Shown: in pieces, positions 31,112 to 32,000 of the stretch
How the letters are laid out: each line of letters starts with the position of its first letter
How positions within the stretch are numbered: position 1 is the first letter of the stretch
Assembly: GCF_000011465.1 (NCBI RefSeq)
Contig: NC_005072.1
Span: forward strand, 540,001 to 572,000
Source: Prochlorococcus marinus subsp. pastoris str. CCMP1986
GTDB lineage: Bacteria; Cyanobacteriota; Cyanobacteriia; PCC-6307; Cyanobiaceae
Length of the DNA stretch: 32,000 bases
Direction of reading: 5' to 3'
Notes under the pieces: generated by a model
Seen by the model: only the letters and a program-made list of their open reading frames with translations
Databases searched by the model: none
Told to the model about the DNA's origin: nothing
Program-made: the position numbers and the translations under genes

Positions 31112-32000
31112 ATGAAAAAAAAGTTATTGCACTTTGTATTTTCTTTTCTAATATGTGTTAGTGCAAATTCATGCAAAAGGACTTCTTTTGAAAAAGAAAC
31201 TAACAAAGAAGTAATTTTGGCTAGTTTTACAGTCCTGGCAGATATTATTGAAAATGTTGCTAAAGATGAGTTTTCTGTTAAATCAATTACTAAACCAGGA
31301 GTTGAAGTTCATGGTTATCAGCCAACTCCAAGTGATCTTATAAAAGCTTCCAAAGCCGATGTTTTTATTGATAATGGATTTGGATTTGAATTATGGGCTG
31401 AGAAATTTGTTTCAAACTTACAAATTAAGAGAGTAACTATTTCAAATAGATTAGAACCAATTTTTATAAGTGAAGATTTCTATAAAGGTAAACCTAATCC
31501 TCATGCGTGGATTTCTCCTAAAAGGGGAATGATTTATGTAAATGTTATCGTTGATTCTTTATCAGAATTAAAACCATCGAAAGCAGAATCATTTAAAAAT
31601 AACGGACAAATTTACAAGAATAAAATCGCTAAAATAGATAAAGATTTTTCACTTTTTATTAATAATCTTAAGAAAAATAATAGGTATCTAGTAACTTGTG
31701 AAGGGGCATTCTCTTATCTCACAAATGATTACGGATTAAAAGAAGCTTACTTATGGCCAGTTAATGCTGAAAGTCAAATTACACCGAAAAGAATGGCAAG
31801 TACAATTTCTTTGGTAAAAAATAAAAATATCCCATCGGTCTTTTGTGAAAGCACTGTAAGTAATGAATCACAAATGGTTGTTGCCAGTGAAACAGGAGCA
31901 AAGTTTGGGGGAGATCTTTTTGTTGATTCGCTTTCTCAAGATAATAAGAGTGCTAATACTTATTTAAAAATGCTTCAACATAATTTGACTCTTATTAAAA
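31112..32000 (+). CDS. Metal (Mn/Zn) ABC transporter substrate-binding lipoprotein, ZnuA/MntC-like, truncated by the window end
   Basis: Manual translation from ATG 31112: MKKKLLHFVFSFLICVSANSCKRTSF...ASFTVLADIIENVAKDEFSVKSITKPGVEVHGYQPTPSDLIKASKADVFIDNGFGFELW...NPHAWISPKRG; open to the end of the window and absent from the ORF track. Confidence 0.88.
   Translation, partial: MKKKLLHFVFSFLICVSANSCKRTSFEKETNKEVILASFTVLADIIENVAKDEFSVKSITKPGVEVHGYQPTPSDLIKASKADVFIDNGFGFELWAEKFVSNLQIKRVTISNRLEPIFISEDFYKGKPNPHAWISPKRGMIYVNVIVDSLSELKPSKAESFKNNGQIYKNKIAKIDKDFSLFINNLKKNNRYLVTCEGAFSYLTNDYGLKEAYLWPVNAESQITPKRMASTISLVKNKNIPSVFCESTVSNESQMVVASETGAKFGGDLFVDSLSQDNKSANTYLKMLQHNLTLIK

Noticed and set aside
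1-32000. Search for mobile elements, defence systems, prophage genes, rRNA or tRNA
   Set aside because: No transposase, integrase, restriction, toxin-antitoxin or phage-type proteins were recognised among the ORFs, and no tRNA-like cloverleaf was noticed by eye. tRNAscan-SE, Infernal and DefenseFinder were not run and would be decisive.

Overview
AT-rich (low-GC) window with the gene content of a marine picocyanobacterium, most likely high-light Prochlorococcus or a close relative (inference from gene content and protein character; no database search was run). It is dense core-type chromosome: hisIE, a PTPS/QueD-like gene, clpB, petE, an NAD-dependent epimerase, hemE, glgB, a CocE/NonD hydrolase, a tamB-like giant gene, proA, folB, a lipase-like hydrolase, an M3 peptidase, ndhD, thrB, glk, thrS, trpS, a DUF697-like membrane protein, and a truncated metal ABC transporter binding protein. 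I recognised no CRISPR array, transposase, integrase, prophage module, rRNA or tRNA. I found no convincing novel multi-gene system. The observations most worth a second look are: (1) a single-base frameshift in a 7-A tract of a small AbrB-like cyanobacterial regulator at the left edge; (2) a tightly packed sigma factor / YkvA-like / HTH gene trio with a 3 x 11-bp AT tandem repeat upstream of the sigma gene; (3) a PTPS-like protein with HGY where HGH is usual; (4) a conserved-looking RG-rich protein of unknown function overlapping trpS; and (5) a cluster of uncharacterised genes beside a tamB-like gene. Several ORF-track starts (proA, thrB, trpS) look over-extended and are adjusted.
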